DNA from: Bacilli bacterium | GTDB lineage: Bacteria; Bacillota_I; Bacilli_A; RFN20; CAG-826 | Length of the DNA: 64,000 nucleotides | NCBI GenBank assembly: GCA_017470115.1 | Contig: JAFUEZ010000004.1 | Location: forward strand, 76,891 to 140,890 | Direction: 5' to 3' | In this document: one piece after another, positions 46,491 to 56,509 of the stretch | Numbering within the stretch: the first letter of the stretch is position 1 | Layout of the letters: every line of letters starts with the position of its first letter | Position numbers and translations under genes: made by a program | Notes under the pieces: model-generated | What the model was told of the DNA's origin: nothing | The model's database searches: none | Seen by the model: the letters and a program-made list of their open reading frames with translations, nothing else

Positions 46491-47349
46491 CTAAAATAAA
46501 TAAGTATCTAGTTAAATTATAGATGTCTTTTTCAAATTTATATCTAACATTTTTATCAAAATACTTTTTAATTAATTCTGTTAACTTTAATTCTTGATCA
46601 TAATTTATTTCAAACGCCATGAAAAAGTTTTCATTCAAAACATCTTTATGGTGCTTAAAATATTCTTCATAAAATTCAGTTCCATCTTTAATATATACTG
46701 CATCATTAGGTTCATACTTTTTCACTTTTTCTTCGATATCATCAGCATTTTCTACATATGGAGGGTTTGAAACTTGTACATCTAACTTAAGATTATTGTT
46801 TATAAACGGATTGAGTTTATCGCCTTCAAAAAAGATAATGTTTTGATTATATTTATCAGCGTTTTTCCTAGCAACGTTAAGGCATCTTTTATTGATATCC
46901 GAAGCAAAAACTTTGCTCTCGTGAAATTTGTGTTTTAAAGATATAGCTATCGCTCCGCTTCCTGTACAGATATCAGCAATATTGTCGTGATTCAAATTTA
47001 AAGAATCAATATAAGAAATTGTCTTTAATACCAGTCCTTCAGTTTCTGGTCGTGGTATTAAAACACTTTCATCTACATAAAAATTGAAATCTAAAAATTG
47101 AGCTTGTTTTAACACATATTGAATTGGTTTTCCAGAAATAACTTCATCAAGTAACTCATCAAAAACCCTGCAATTCTCACATATTTTGTCGAAATTTAGT
47201 ACTATTTCAGTATAATTTTGGTAGTTATTTACGTACTCTAAAAGTAGATAAATTTCGTTATCCGATATATTACTATTACTATTTTTAACTTTATCTTTTG
47301 CTAAGAAAAATAATTCTCTATTAGTAAATGCCTTTTTCATTTCCAGCAA
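46462..47349 (-). CDS. prmC: release factor glutamine N5-methyltransferase
   Basis: GSGAIAI SAM motif and NPPY catalytic motif. Lies downstream of prfA. The start may be the ATG at 47340. Confidence 0.9.
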   Translation of the reverse strand: MLEMKKAFTNRELFFLAKDKVKNSNSNISDNEIYLLLEYVNNYQNYTEIVLNFDKICENCRVFDELLDEVISGKPIQYVLKQAQFLDFNFYVDESVLIPRPETEGLVLKTISYIDSLNLNHDNIADICTGSGAIAISLKHKFHESKVFASDINKRCLNVARKNADKYNQNIIFFEGDKLNPFINNNLKLDVQVSNPPYVENADDIEEKVKKYEPNDAVYIKDGTEFYEEYFKHHKDVLNENFFMAFEINYDQELKLTELIKKYFDKNVRYKFEKDIYNLTRYLFILGGYEDKTIN

Positions 47350-48406
47350 TTTTTTGTTCTTGGTCGTAATTAATTAAAGCATCAATAATCGGATCTAAAT
47401 CACCATCAACAACTCTATCAAGTTGAAGAATAGAAAAACCTATTCGATGATCAGTGACACGATTTTGTGGATAGTTATAAGTTCTAATTTTTTCGTTTCT
47501 ATCTCCACTGCCAATCTTACTTCTATATTGAGCTTCTGTTTCAGCTTTCTTGTCTTCTTCAAGTTGAGCTAACTTACTAGCAAGCATTTGCATACAAATT
47601 TCGTGATTTTGAATTTGCGATTTTTCTGTTTGGCAAGAAACAACAATACCAGTTGGAATATGTGTGATTCTAACAGCTGATTCTGTTTTATTAACATTTT
47701 GACCGCCTGCTCCTTGAGATCTATAACGATCGACTCTTAAATCTGCAGTATTGATATTTACATCAGCAGTCTCAACTTGTGGCATGACAACAACTGTTGC
47801 TGTGGAAGTATGAATTCTTCCATTTGCTTCAGTCTTTGGAACTCTTTGAACTCTATGAACACCGCTTTCAAATTTTAATCTTGAATAAGCATCATCTCCT
47901 GAGACAACAAATTGAACATAAGAATAACCACCTAAACCAGTAGGAGATTCGTCAACAATCTTATATTTCCAACCCTTAGTTTCGCAGTATCTTGTATACA
48001 TTCTAAAAAGATCACCAGCAAAAATATTTGCTTCATCTCCACCAACTGCTCCCTTGATTTCAAAAATTATATCTTTTCCATCATTAGGGTCCTTTGGAAT
48101 AAGTAAAATTTTCAGTTCTTCTTCAATGCTTTCAAGCAATTGTTCATTCTTTTTTAATTCATCTTTACCCATTTGCGAAATTTCTGGGTCTGAATCGTTA
48201 CACATTTCTAAAGCGTCTTTTTTGTTTTGGTCAGCATATTGCCATTCTTTAAATTTTTCAACAATTGGTTCTAAAATGCTTCTCTCTTTACTTAGCTTTT
48301 TAAATTCGCGCATGTCACTTGTAGTTTCAGGCAAAAGTAAAAGATCATCAATTTCATGAAGCCTCTTTTCGCTGGTTGTTAATCTATCAAACATGCTCTT
48401 ATCCAT
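47321..48406 (-). CDS. prfA: peptide chain release factor 1
   Basis: PKT tripeptide (VPKTE) and GGQ motif ([15 protein letters not shown]). Confidence 0.96.
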   Translation of the reverse strand: MDKSMFDRLTTSEKRLHEIDDLLLLPETTSDMREFKKLSKERSILEPIVEKFKEWQYADQNKKDALEMCNDSDPEISQMGKDELKKNEQLLESIEEELKILLIPKDPNDGKDIIFEIKGAVGGDEANIFAGDLFRMYTRYCETKGWKYKIVDESPTGLGGYSYVQFVVSGDDAYSRLKFESGVHRVQRVPKTEANGRIHTSTATVVVMPQVETADVNINTADLRVDRYRSQGAGGQNVNKTESAVRITHIPTGIVVSCQTEKSQIQNHEICMQMLASKLAQLEEDKKAETEAQYRSKIGSGDRNEKIRTYNYPQNRVTDHRIGFSILQLDRVVDGDLDPIIDALINYDQEQKIAGNEKGIY

Positions 48407-48562
48407 AAAACGCCTTCTTTCAAAAAAAGATTATATCAAAAATAAACTCTAATTTTAATATAAAAAGAGGCTATATTTATAAACTTCAAATTAACTAAAA
48501 TTTTTCTTATTTAATATTCTCAATTACTTTATGTAATTGTCTTTGTCGTGTATAATTTATAT

Positions 48563-50245
48563 ATGTCCTATTTAGCACTTTATAGAAAATATAGAAGTAA
48601 AAATTTTGAAGAATTAGTTGGTCAAGATGCCATCAAAACAACATTGATGAACGCTTTGCAATTACAAAAGATATCTCATGCATATCTTTTTAGTGGCCCA
48701 AGAGGTACTGGTAAAACTAGTGTTGCTCGTTTATTTGCAAAAGCTTTAAATTGTGATGAAGGAATCGGTCATATTTGTAATGAATGCGGCAACTGTAGAG
48801 AAATTAGTGAAGGTTCTCATCCTGATGTAATTGAAATTGACGCAGCAAGTAATTCTGGCGTTGATGAAGTTAGAAACTTAATTGAAAAAGTAAAGTATGC
48901 ACCTATTAAAGGTAGATACAAAGTTTACATTATTGATGAAGTTCACATGATGACAAATAGCGCTTTTAATGCTCTTTTGAAAACATTGGAAGAACCACCA
49001 GCATACGTAGTTTTTATTCTTTGCACGACTGAACCTTACAAACTTTTACCTACAATTTTAAGCCGTTGTCAAAGATATGATTTCAAGAAAATTTCTGATA
49101 ACGATCTTAAAAAACTCCTCACTCGTGTTTTAAATGAGGAGCACGTTACTTGCTCTGAAACAGCACTTAATCTCATTGTTGAACTTGCTAATGGCGGCGC
49201 CCGTGATTCGCTTTCGCTTTTAGATCAAATTATTTCCTTCTCTGGCAACAAAATTGAAGAAAGCGACATTATAAAAATGTTTGGTTTAACAACTAGAGCC
49301 GAAAAAATTGATTTACTTAGTCAACTTAAAGCAAACGATACACTCAAAGTAATCTCAAAATATGAAGAATATTTAAATAGAAACATCGACTTATCAAGAT
49401 TAGTTAACGAACTTTTGGACCTTTTAAAAGACGCCCTTGTTTATTCTAAAACAAGAAATATCAATTTAATTACTTCTTCAAATTATGAGGATGCAAAGAA
49501 AATTACTCTTTCTTATGATGATGCAGAAATTGAAAAGACCATTGATTTATTACTTAGTTGCCAAAATGAATTTAAAACAACAAGCAATCCAGGTTTCTTA
49601 TTTGAAGTTTATTTATTGAAAATTATGAAAGCATTAAATGGTGTTCAACAAGAGATAGCACAACAACCATTTGCTCATCAAAAACCAATAAGCCAAGCGC
49701 CTTTATTTACTTCTGAACCTGTGAAACCTATTGAAAAGCCTGCAGAACCTCAACAAAAAGTTGTTATTCAACAAGAAAAGCCTGTTGAAGAATTCAAAAT
49801 ATCAAGCAAGAGTTTAGATTTATCACCTATCGCTGTTGAAGGAGATTCATATGAAGTTGACCTTCAAGAATTATTGAACTTAACAATAATTTCAAATAAA
49901 CAGGAAAGAGCTTCGTTAATTGAAAGGTGGCCTCAACTTGCTAACTTAATTAATGATCCTACAGATGGTCCTTATGCAGCACTTCTTTCACAAGGAAAGC
50001 CACTTATTGTAACGAATGCTAATTTAGTTCTTGTTTACGATTTAAAGGTTCCTGCAACAAGAGCCAATATTAAAGAAAACCAAGATGGTTTAGCCAAAAT
50101 TATTAAAAAACTTTTAGGAAGAAAGGTTTGTGTTTACGCTCTAAATAGAGACAATTACACTAACTTGCTTAAAAATTATAGAAACCTCGATGAGGTTGGA
50201 AAACTTCCAAACAAAAAAGATATCGAAGATAAGAAAATATTCTAA
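48563..50245 (+). CDS. dnaX: DNA polymerase III gamma/tau subunit
   Basis: MSYLALYRKYRSKNFEELVGQ N-terminus, GPRGTGKTS and IIDEVHM motifs. ATG at 48563 preferred over the GTG at 48548. Confidence 0.95.
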   Translation: MSYLALYRKYRSKNFEELVGQDAIKTTLMNALQLQKISHAYLFSGPRGTGKTSVARLFAKALNCDEGIGHICNECGNCREISEGSHPDVIEIDAASNSGVDEVRNLIEKVKYAPIKGRYKVYIIDEVHMMTNSAFNALLKTLEEPPAYVVFILCTTEPYKLLPTILSRCQRYDFKKISDNDLKKLLTRVLNEEHVTCSETALNLIVELANGGARDSLSLLDQIISFSGNKIEESDIIKMFGLTTRAEKIDLLSQLKANDTLKVISKYEEYLNRNIDLSRLVNELLDLLKDALVYSKTRNINLITSSNYEDAKKITLSYDDAEIEKTIDLLLSCQNEFKTTSNPGFLFEVYLLKIMKALNGVQQEIAQQPFAHQKPISQAPLFTSEPVKPIEKPAEPQQKVVIQQEKPVEEFKISSKSLDLSPIAVEGDSYEVDLQELLNLTIISNKQERASLIERWPQLANLINDPTDGPYAALLSQGKPLIVTNANLVLVYDLKVPATRANIKENQDGLAKIIKKLLGRKVCVYALNRDNYTNLLKNYRNLDEVGKLPNKKDIEDKKIF

Positions 50246-50259
50246 GGGGGAAATAGATT

Positions 50260-50565
50260 ATGAATATGCAACAAATGGTCCAAGCCATGCAAAAAATGCA
50301 AAGACAATATGAAAAAGAGCATAAAGTTTTAGAAGAAACCGAATTTGAATACACCGCTAATGGCGCTGTTAAAATCGTTCTTAAAGGAAATTTAGAAATG
50401 GTTTCTTTAGAATTTATCGATCAAGAATTACTTAAAGACGATCCTGAAATGGTCTCTGATATGATTAAACTTGCTTATAATGGAGCAAGAGATCAAATTA
50501 ACGATGCTGAAGATGCATTAGCAGCAAAATTCCAACAAAACAATAAGGGAGGAATGATGTTCTAA
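50260..50565 (+). CDS. ybaB: YbaB/EbfC nucleoid-associated protein
   Basis: 101 aa with conserved position between dnaX and recR. MQKMQ...GAVKIVLKGN pattern. Confidence 0.9.
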   Translation: MNMQQMVQAMQKMQRQYEKEHKVLEETEFEYTANGAVKIVLKGNLEMVSLEFIDQELLKDDPEMVSDMIKLAYNGARDQINDAEDALAAKFQQNNKGGMMF

Positions 50566-51167
50566 TGAATGAATTAAAATCATTCGAAAAACTAAAGGAC
50601 TGTCTAGAAAGATTCCCTTCAATTGGAGCAAAAAGTGCTGAACGTATTGCTTATAACCTTTTAGAAATGTCTGATGAAGAGGTTGAAGAATTTCTTGCAA
50701 GCATTAAAGAGGCTAAAAATAAAATCCACCACTGCCCTAATTGTGGACTTTTAACTGAAGATTCTCTTTGCAATGTTTGTAGCAGCTCATTAAGAAATCA
50801 TTCACTATGCATTCTTATTCGTGATTCAAAAGAAATAGATTTTTTTGAAAAGGTCGAAACATTTAATGGCGTATATCACGTTATAAATTGCAACATTAAT
50901 CCTACAAAACAAGAAACATGGGAAAAATCGGGATTAAATAAGCTTTTAGAAAGAGTCGAAAAAGAAAACATTAAAGAAGTCATCTTCACTTTTGGCGGAA
51001 CCATTGAAGAAGAAATCACAATTTCTATCATCAAAAATTTTTTGCAAAAGAAAAATGTTAAAGTTTCTAGAATCGCAAGCGGCATTCCTCATGGCCAATC
51101 GCTTGAATATTTAGATTCCGTAACTTTAAAAAATGCACTTGAAGGCAGAACAGAAATCAATAAATAG
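50565..51167 (+). CDS. recR: recombination protein RecR
   Basis: FPSIGAKSAERIAY HhH, CPNCG...CNVC zinc finger, Toprim C-terminus. Confidence 0.95.
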   Translation: MNELKSFEKLKDCLERFPSIGAKSAERIAYNLLEMSDEEVEEFLASIKEAKNKIHHCPNCGLLTEDSLCNVCSSSLRNHSLCILIRDSKEIDFFEKVETFNGVYHVINCNINPTKQETWEKSGLNKLLERVEKENIKEVIFTFGGTIEEEITISIIKNFLQKKNVKVSRIASGIPHGQSLEYLDSVTLKNALEGRTEINK

Positions 51168-51177
51168 GAGAAAAATT

Positions 51178-51804
51178 ATGTTTATCACTTTTGAAGGACC
51201 AGATGGAAGCGGTAAATCAACCGTCATTAAAACTATCTACGAAAGACTTGTTAACGAAAAATATAACATTCTTTTGACAAGAGAACCTGGTGGTACTCCT
51301 ATTGCTGAAAAAATTAGAACAGTGATTCTAGATAATGAGAATGTCGCTTTAGATCCAAGAGCTGAAGCCTTGCTTTATGCCGCTAGTCGAAGACAACACT
51401 TAGTTGAAAAAATCTGGCCAGCACTCAAAGAAGGAAAAATAGTTTTATGCGATCGTTATCTTGATTCTTCTCTTGCTTATCAAGGAGGAGGAAGAGATTT
51501 AGGTGTTGAAAATGTATTAAATATTAATTTATTTGCTACTGAAAATACCTACCCAGATTTAACAATCTTCTTCAATGTATCTCCTGAAGTTGGCCTTTCA
51601 AGAGTATCTCAAGATAAAAAGCGTGTTGCTGATAGACTTGATAACGAAAGCGAAAATTTTCATGACAAAGTTTATGAAACTTTCCTAGAATTGACTAAAA
51701 AATATAAAGATAGAATCGTTGTTATTGACGCTTCTAAACCACTTAATGAAGTTAGTGAAAATACGTACAAGATATTAAAAGAAAAACTTAATGAATTGTC
51801 TTAA
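51178..51804 (+). CDS. tmk: thymidylate kinase
   Basis: FITFEGPDGSGKST P-loop. ATG at 51178 follows a GGAG SD. Confidence 0.93.
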   Translation: MFITFEGPDGSGKSTVIKTIYERLVNEKYNILLTREPGGTPIAEKIRTVILDNENVALDPRAEALLYAASRRQHLVEKIWPALKEGKIVLCDRYLDSSLAYQGGGRDLGVENVLNINLFATENTYPDLTIFFNVSPEVGLSRVSQDKKRVADRLDNESENFHDKVYETFLELTKKYKDRIVVIDASKPLNEVSENTYKILKEKLNELS

Positions 51805-52768
51805 TTATTTACAAACTTATCAAAGTATTCCTTACAAAATATTTTATAACGCTTTAAAGGATGGAAAAATTTTTCATGCTTATCTTTTTGTTGGAGAAAT
51901 GGGGACTCCACTTTTAGATATAGCAAAATATTTGGCCGCAAATATTATTTTAAATGACAATGAACCATTCAATATAAAAAATGAGTCGGCTTTCAATCGT
52001 ATAATTTCAAATAATTTTGGAGATTTAATTGTTCTTGATACAAAAAGCGATCCAGTAAAAATCGATGATATAAGAAATTTAGAAGATAGATTTTCAAAGA
52101 CTTCTTCTGAATCATTTGGTAAAAAAGTTTATATCATAAATGGGGTTGAAAATTTAGGTATTGATTCTACAAATGCTCTACTTAAATTTTTAGAAGAGCC
52201 TAACGAAGATACATATGGCATTTTGATTACCGAGAACGAATCAGCCCTTCTTCCAACAATAAAATCAAGAGTCCAAACAATTCATTTTTCAAAGATTAAT
52301 CAGGAGATTTTAATTGAAAAGGCTGTAAATCTCGGCTCAAATTTAGAAAATGCTGAATTATTATCTTTCTTTTACAATGACGAACATTCAATTTTAGAAG
52401 CTCAACAAGATAAGAATTTTATTGCCATTCAAGAAATTGCTCTTGAAACTTTATCTCACATAAATAACTATAACGAATTGATGAATTCGATTTACAACAA
52501 CGTTATAAAAATAATTAAAGATAAAATCTCTGCAAGAATGTATTTTGATTTCATAATCACATTCTTTAAAGAAGCGCTTAAATATAAATACAATAAAGAT
52601 ACGATTCTTAAAAATTATGATAATATATTAAAAGATTTAGCTAGCCTTGATTCTCTAGAAAACTCAATTTTAGTTTTTATGAATTCAAGAAACGAAATTT
52701 CTTATAACTTAAATCTAAATCTATTAATAGTCCATACGTTTGAATCCGTATTTGGAGATAAAAAATGA
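51791..52768 (+). CDS. holB: DNA polymerase III delta-prime subunit
   Basis: HAYLFVG..., LLKFLEEP and PTIKSRVQ motifs. Position follows tmk. Confidence 0.8.
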   Translation: MNCLNYLQTYQSIPYKIFYNALKDGKIFHAYLFVGEMGTPLLDIAKYLAANIILNDNEPFNIKNESAFNRIISNNFGDLIVLDTKSDPVKIDDIRNLEDRFSKTSSESFGKKVYIINGVENLGIDSTNALLKFLEEPNEDTYGILITENESALLPTIKSRVQTIHFSKINQEILIEKAVNLGSNLENAELLSFFYNDEHSILEAQQDKNFIAIQEIALETLSHINNYNELMNSIYNNVIKIIKDKISARMYFDFIITFFKEALKYKYNKDTILKNYDNILKDLASLDSLENSILVFMNSRNEISYNLNLNLLIVHTFESVFGDKK

Positions 52769-53922
52769 ATTACTATATAAATATTAAATTTGGAATCAGT
52801 AACAAAACATACTATTTTGCAACCGATGATCCATCGATTAAAATCGGTGATTTTGTTGTTGTTGAAACTGTTGTAGGTGTAGAAATTGGCGAAGTAACGA
52901 CTTTTCCAGCAGATATCTCTAACTTAAATTATGATAGAGAAATCAAACCAATTTTAAGACTTGCTACTCCTGCTGATATGACCAAACTTCGTCAAAATGA
53001 ACTTTATGCAAATTCAGCAAAGCAATTATTTGAAGAAAGCATCCAAAAACTTAATCTTGATATGAAGCTAATTGGTGCTCAATATACTCTTGATAGAACA
53101 AAAATTCTATTTACATACGTTGCTGATGAAAGAGTTGATTTTAGAGAATTACTTAAAATTTTAGCTGCACAACTTCATTGCAGAATCGAACTTAAGCAAA
53201 TTAACAGTCGAGAAAGAGCGCAATTTATCGGAGGAATTGGCGTTTGTGGTTTACCACTTTGTTGCACCACATTCTTTTCAACATTTGATGGAGTCTCTTT
53301 AAATAAAGCAAAGAATCAAATGTTAGCAATTAACATCCCAAAACTTTCCGGTCAATGTGGAAAATTGATGTGCTGCTTAAAATATGAAGATGATTATTAT
53401 ACAGAAGCTAAAAAAGAATTCCCAGAAGTTGGAACCGTTGTTAAATATGAAGGCAACGAATACAAAGTCCAATCATATAACATTTTTAGCAAAGTGATTA
53501 AAATCGCAAATAATGAAGACGCACAATTTTTAAGTTTAGATGAAATAAATGGGTTATTAGGCAAAAAAGAATTTATAAAGAAAAAGAATAATTTCGATGG
53601 ATTTATAAAAGTTGATAATACACAAAACAAAAACACCCAACAAGGCGAAGCTGATAATCAAAAAGAAAATAGATTCTCACGCAAAGATGATAATAGACGC
53701 CAAGAAAATAAAAATAAGCAACAAAGAGACCAACAAAGACCTCAAAAAGAGCAACAAGAACAAAAGGAAAGCAACAAACAATTTTTTGCTGGCCAACAAA
53801 ATAAAGCTGAAAATTATCAAAAGAATTACAACAAGAACAATAATAACAAACACTTCAACAAAAATAGAAATTTTAGAAAAAACCCTCAAAACACGGATAA
53901 AAAAGAGGAAAAATCAGAATAA
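52765..53922 (+). CDS. ricT: PSP1-domain protein (YaaT/RicT-like) with K/N/Q-rich C-terminal tail
   Basis: PSP1 core including the GVCGLPLCC and GQCGKLMCCLKYE Cys clusters. Position follows holB as in B. subtilis. Confidence 0.85.
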   Translation: MNYYINIKFGISNKTYYFATDDPSIKIGDFVVVETVVGVEIGEVTTFPADISNLNYDREIKPILRLATPADMTKLRQNELYANSAKQLFEESIQKLNLDMKLIGAQYTLDRTKILFTYVADERVDFRELLKILAAQLHCRIELKQINSRERAQFIGGIGVCGLPLCCTTFFSTFDGVSLNKAKNQMLAINIPKLSGQCGKLMCCLKYEDDYYTEAKKEFPEVGTVVKYEGNEYKVQSYNIFSKVIKIANNEDAQFLSLDEINGLLGKKEFIKKKNNFDGFIKVDNTQNKNTQQGEADNQKENRFSRKDDNRRQENKNKQQRDQQRPQKEQQEQKESNKQFFAGQQNKAENYQKNYNKNNNNKHFNKNRNFRKNPQNTDKKEEKSE

Positions 53923-54734
53923 TGAAAGGTTTATTATATTTAGTCCCTTCACCAATTGGTAATCTTCAAGAAGTCTCTCCACGTGCGATAGATGTTTTAA
54001 AGTCTGTAGATTTTATAGCTTGCGAAGATACTCGAAATACTTCTCATCTTCTTTCTTTATTAAATATAAATAAGAAGTGCATTTCTTGCCACGAGCACAA
54101 TGAAGCTTCTTCTTCTGAAGGCATAATAAGTCAAATTCTTGAAGGTAAGAGTGTAGCATATCTATCTGATGCAGGCTATCCTTGTATTTCTGATCCAGGA
54201 TATTTATTAACTTTAAAATCGATTGAAAATGATATTCAAATTGTACCTCTAAGTGGGCCAAACGCTTTTTTAAACGCTCTTGTAGGCAGTGGCATTGATA
54301 CATCACATTTCCTTTTTTATGGATTTTTAGACTCAAAAACATCTGGTAGAGAAAAAGAACTAGAAAATTTAAAGGATTTTCCTTATACTCTTATCTTTTA
54401 TGAGGCTCCACATAGAATTAATGATACTTTAAAATCGATGTATAAAGTTTTAGGCAATAGAAAAATAACTATTGCAAGAGAATTGACTAAAAAATTTGAA
54501 GAATTTATTCGTTCTGACTTAAAAACTCTTGTAGATGAAAATCGTGAATATTTAGGTGAGCTCGTTATCGTTCTTGATAAATCTAAAAATTGCGATAATA
54601 ACGGCACTTATTTAAGTGAAGTAAATAAACTTTTGGATGCTGGATATTCTGTAAAAGATGCCATTAATATCGTCTCGATTCTATTTGGAGCAAACAAGAA
54701 CAAACTAAAAAGAGAATTAATCAACAAAGATTAA
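53922..54734 (+). CDS. rsmI: 16S rRNA (cytidine1402-2'-O)-methyltransferase
   Basis: LYLVPSPIGNL, ACEDTR and SDAGYPCISDPG motifs. Confidence 0.92.
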   Translation: MKGLLYLVPSPIGNLQEVSPRAIDVLKSVDFIACEDTRNTSHLLSLLNINKKCISCHEHNEASSSEGIISQILEGKSVAYLSDAGYPCISDPGYLLTLKSIENDIQIVPLSGPNAFLNALVGSGIDTSHFLFYGFLDSKTSGREKELENLKDFPYTLIFYEAPHRINDTLKSMYKVLGNRKITIARELTKKFEEFIRSDLKTLVDENREYLGELVIVLDKSKNCDNNGTYLSEVNKLLDAGYSVKDAINIVSILFGANKNKLKRELINKD

Positions 54735-56509
54735 TCCTCTTCTATATTTATATTTATTTGTTGGTTCATGTCTTGAACCAATTTTTTTGTTATTTTCAGC
54801 ACTTCTCTATCAAATGTAAATAAGCCATTTGCTTCGCATTCAATATCAGATAATTGAGTATAAATTATCCCAACTAAGTCGCCTTTATTAACTTGTTTTA
54901 TTAGTGCCTCATACATATCCTTATATTTTAAATCCATGTCTGCTTGATCTTTTGAATAACCTTGACCCCAAATCTTGCCATAATCAAAGTGTCCTTTAAC
55001 TTCGTAACCTCTGCCACCGGTCTCGCTTAAATAATATGGCCTATTAAACTTCTTTTTATCATGCCTAATTCGCTTTGGTGTTGTGTAGGCGTGAACAGAA
55101 TAAAAATCATTATATCCTGTATCTATCCAACCACTCGAAGCGTCAAAAAGTCGAGAACCATCATAAGATTTACAGAATAGATAATTGTCTTTCGTGTCAA
55201 ATTGACCCCAACTTTCATTAAAAATTGTATAAACAACAATTGAAGGATAATTCCAAAGCGTGTCCATTGTTTCAACCATTTCTCGCTTGAATTCATCTTT
55301 GCTTTCTTGAAAATTCCTTCCGCTTCTTTTGTCACTTTCAAACCAAGGTCTATTTAAAATTGGTGAAAATAATCGAGGAAAAACAGTTTGAGCGAAGCTG
55401 TATTTTTCTCCACCATTTACAAAATCTTGAACAACTAACATTCCTAAAGAATCACATAAATAATAGAACATGTCACATTCAATTTTTATGTGCTTTCTTA
55501 TAGTGTTAAATCCTAATTCTTTAAGAGCGAGAATATCAGCTTTATAATCAAGGTAACTTTTTGGTGTCAAGTTGCCTAAATAATAATAGCCTTGATCTAA
55601 GACACCATTAAGAATTATCTTTTTATTATTTAAATAGATTTGAGGTTTATTGTTCCTACCTTTTTTAATTTCAATTTTCCTAAAACCAAAATAAGATTCG
55701 ACTTCATCCTCATCAAATTTGATATTTACTATATATAAATAAGGATGGGATGGACTCCAAAGGTGTACTTCTTCGAGATTGATTATAGCTACTTCATTTG
55801 TCTTAACATCAATTATTTGATTACCAATTTTTAAGTGTGCAATGCCGTCAACATTAGTTTTTATAAGAATTCTTACAGAGTTTTCATCAACAAGTGGAGT
55901 AAATTTAACGCTCTCAATAAAGTTTTCATTTACTTCTTCTAACCAAATTGGTTTATAAATACCACTTGATGAAGAATAGATATATTGATGATTAGGGTTC
56001 AAACATTGTTTGCCGCGAGAATGATAACTTGAATCAGTTAAATCTTGAACTTTGATTATAATTTCATTCTCTCCATCTATAGCAAATTCAGAAATATCGA
56101 ATTTAAATTTTGTGTATCCACCAACGTGTTTTCCAACGAAATTATTATTTATATAAACCTCACAAATCTGGTCAATACCATCACAATTTAAAAATAAATG
56201 TTTGAGTTCTGCAGGCTTTTTATAATTAAACACTCTTTTATACACTAAAATTTCATCAGGTTCTAATAAGTGATTAACTCCACTTAAAGGCGATTCAACA
56301 GCAAAAGGAACAAGTACTTTTTTGTCGTAATTTATTTCTTTATCATTTTGACAAATTGCTAAATCCCAATACCCATTTAAGCAGACAAAAGATTTTCTTT
56401 TTAAATTTGGTCGAGGATATTCATTTAGTGGAATTTCATCAAAATGATACTCAACATGTTTTAAATTCTCATATAAGAAACCATTATTTTTCTTTTTCTT
56501 CTGATCCAT
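54731..56509 (-). CDS. glycoside hydrolase family 2 protein (beta-galactosidase/glucuronidase-like)
   Basis: About 590 aa with sugar-binding, Ig-like and TIM-barrel layout. FNESWGQ (acid/base region) and YLSETGG (nucleophile region). ATG at 56509 preferred over the TTG at 56551. Confidence 0.85.
   Translation of the reverse strand: MDQKKKKNNGFLYENLKHVEYHFDEIPLNEYPRPNLKRKSFVCLNGYWDLAICQNDKEINYDKKVLVPFAVESPLSGVNHLLEPDEILVYKRVFNYKKPAELKHLFLNCDGIDQICEVYINNNFVGKHVGGYTKFKFDISEFAIDGENEIIIKVQDLTDSSYHSRGKQCLNPNHQYIYSSSSGIYKPIWLEEVNENFIESVKFTPLVDENSVRILIKTNVDGIAHLKIGNQIIDVKTNEVAIINLEEVHLWSPSHPYLYIVNIKFDEDEVESYFGFRKIEIKKGRNNKPQIYLNNKKIILNGVLDQGYYYLGNLTPKSYLDYKADILALKELGFNTIRKHIKIECDMFYYLCDSLGMLVVQDFVNGGEKYSFAQTVFPRLFSPILNRPWFESDKRSGRNFQESKDEFKREMVETMDTLWNYPSIVVYTIFNESWGQFDTKDNYLFCKSYDGSRLFDASSGWIDTGYNDFYSVHAYTTPKRIRHDKKKFNRPYYLSETGGRGYEVKGHFDYGKIWGQGYSKDQADMDLKYKDMYEALIKQVNKGDLVGIIYTQLSDIECEANGLFTFDREVLKITKKLVQDMNQQININIEED

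Noticed and set aside
48407-48547. SRP (4.5S/scRNA) gene upstream of dnaX, as expected from B. subtilis synteny (scr-dnaX).
   Set aside because: The region is almost pure AT and lacks the conserved domain IV sequence (GGUGCUGUUUACC...GGAAGCAGCC-like). No stable helix is visible.
50213-50219. AAAAAAG heptamer in dnaX as a possible -1 frameshift site that would produce a gamma subunit.
   Set aside because: It is read as AAA-AAA-G and not A-AAA-AAG. It lies only about 10 codons before the normal stop and has no downstream hairpin, so it cannot generate a distinct gamma product.
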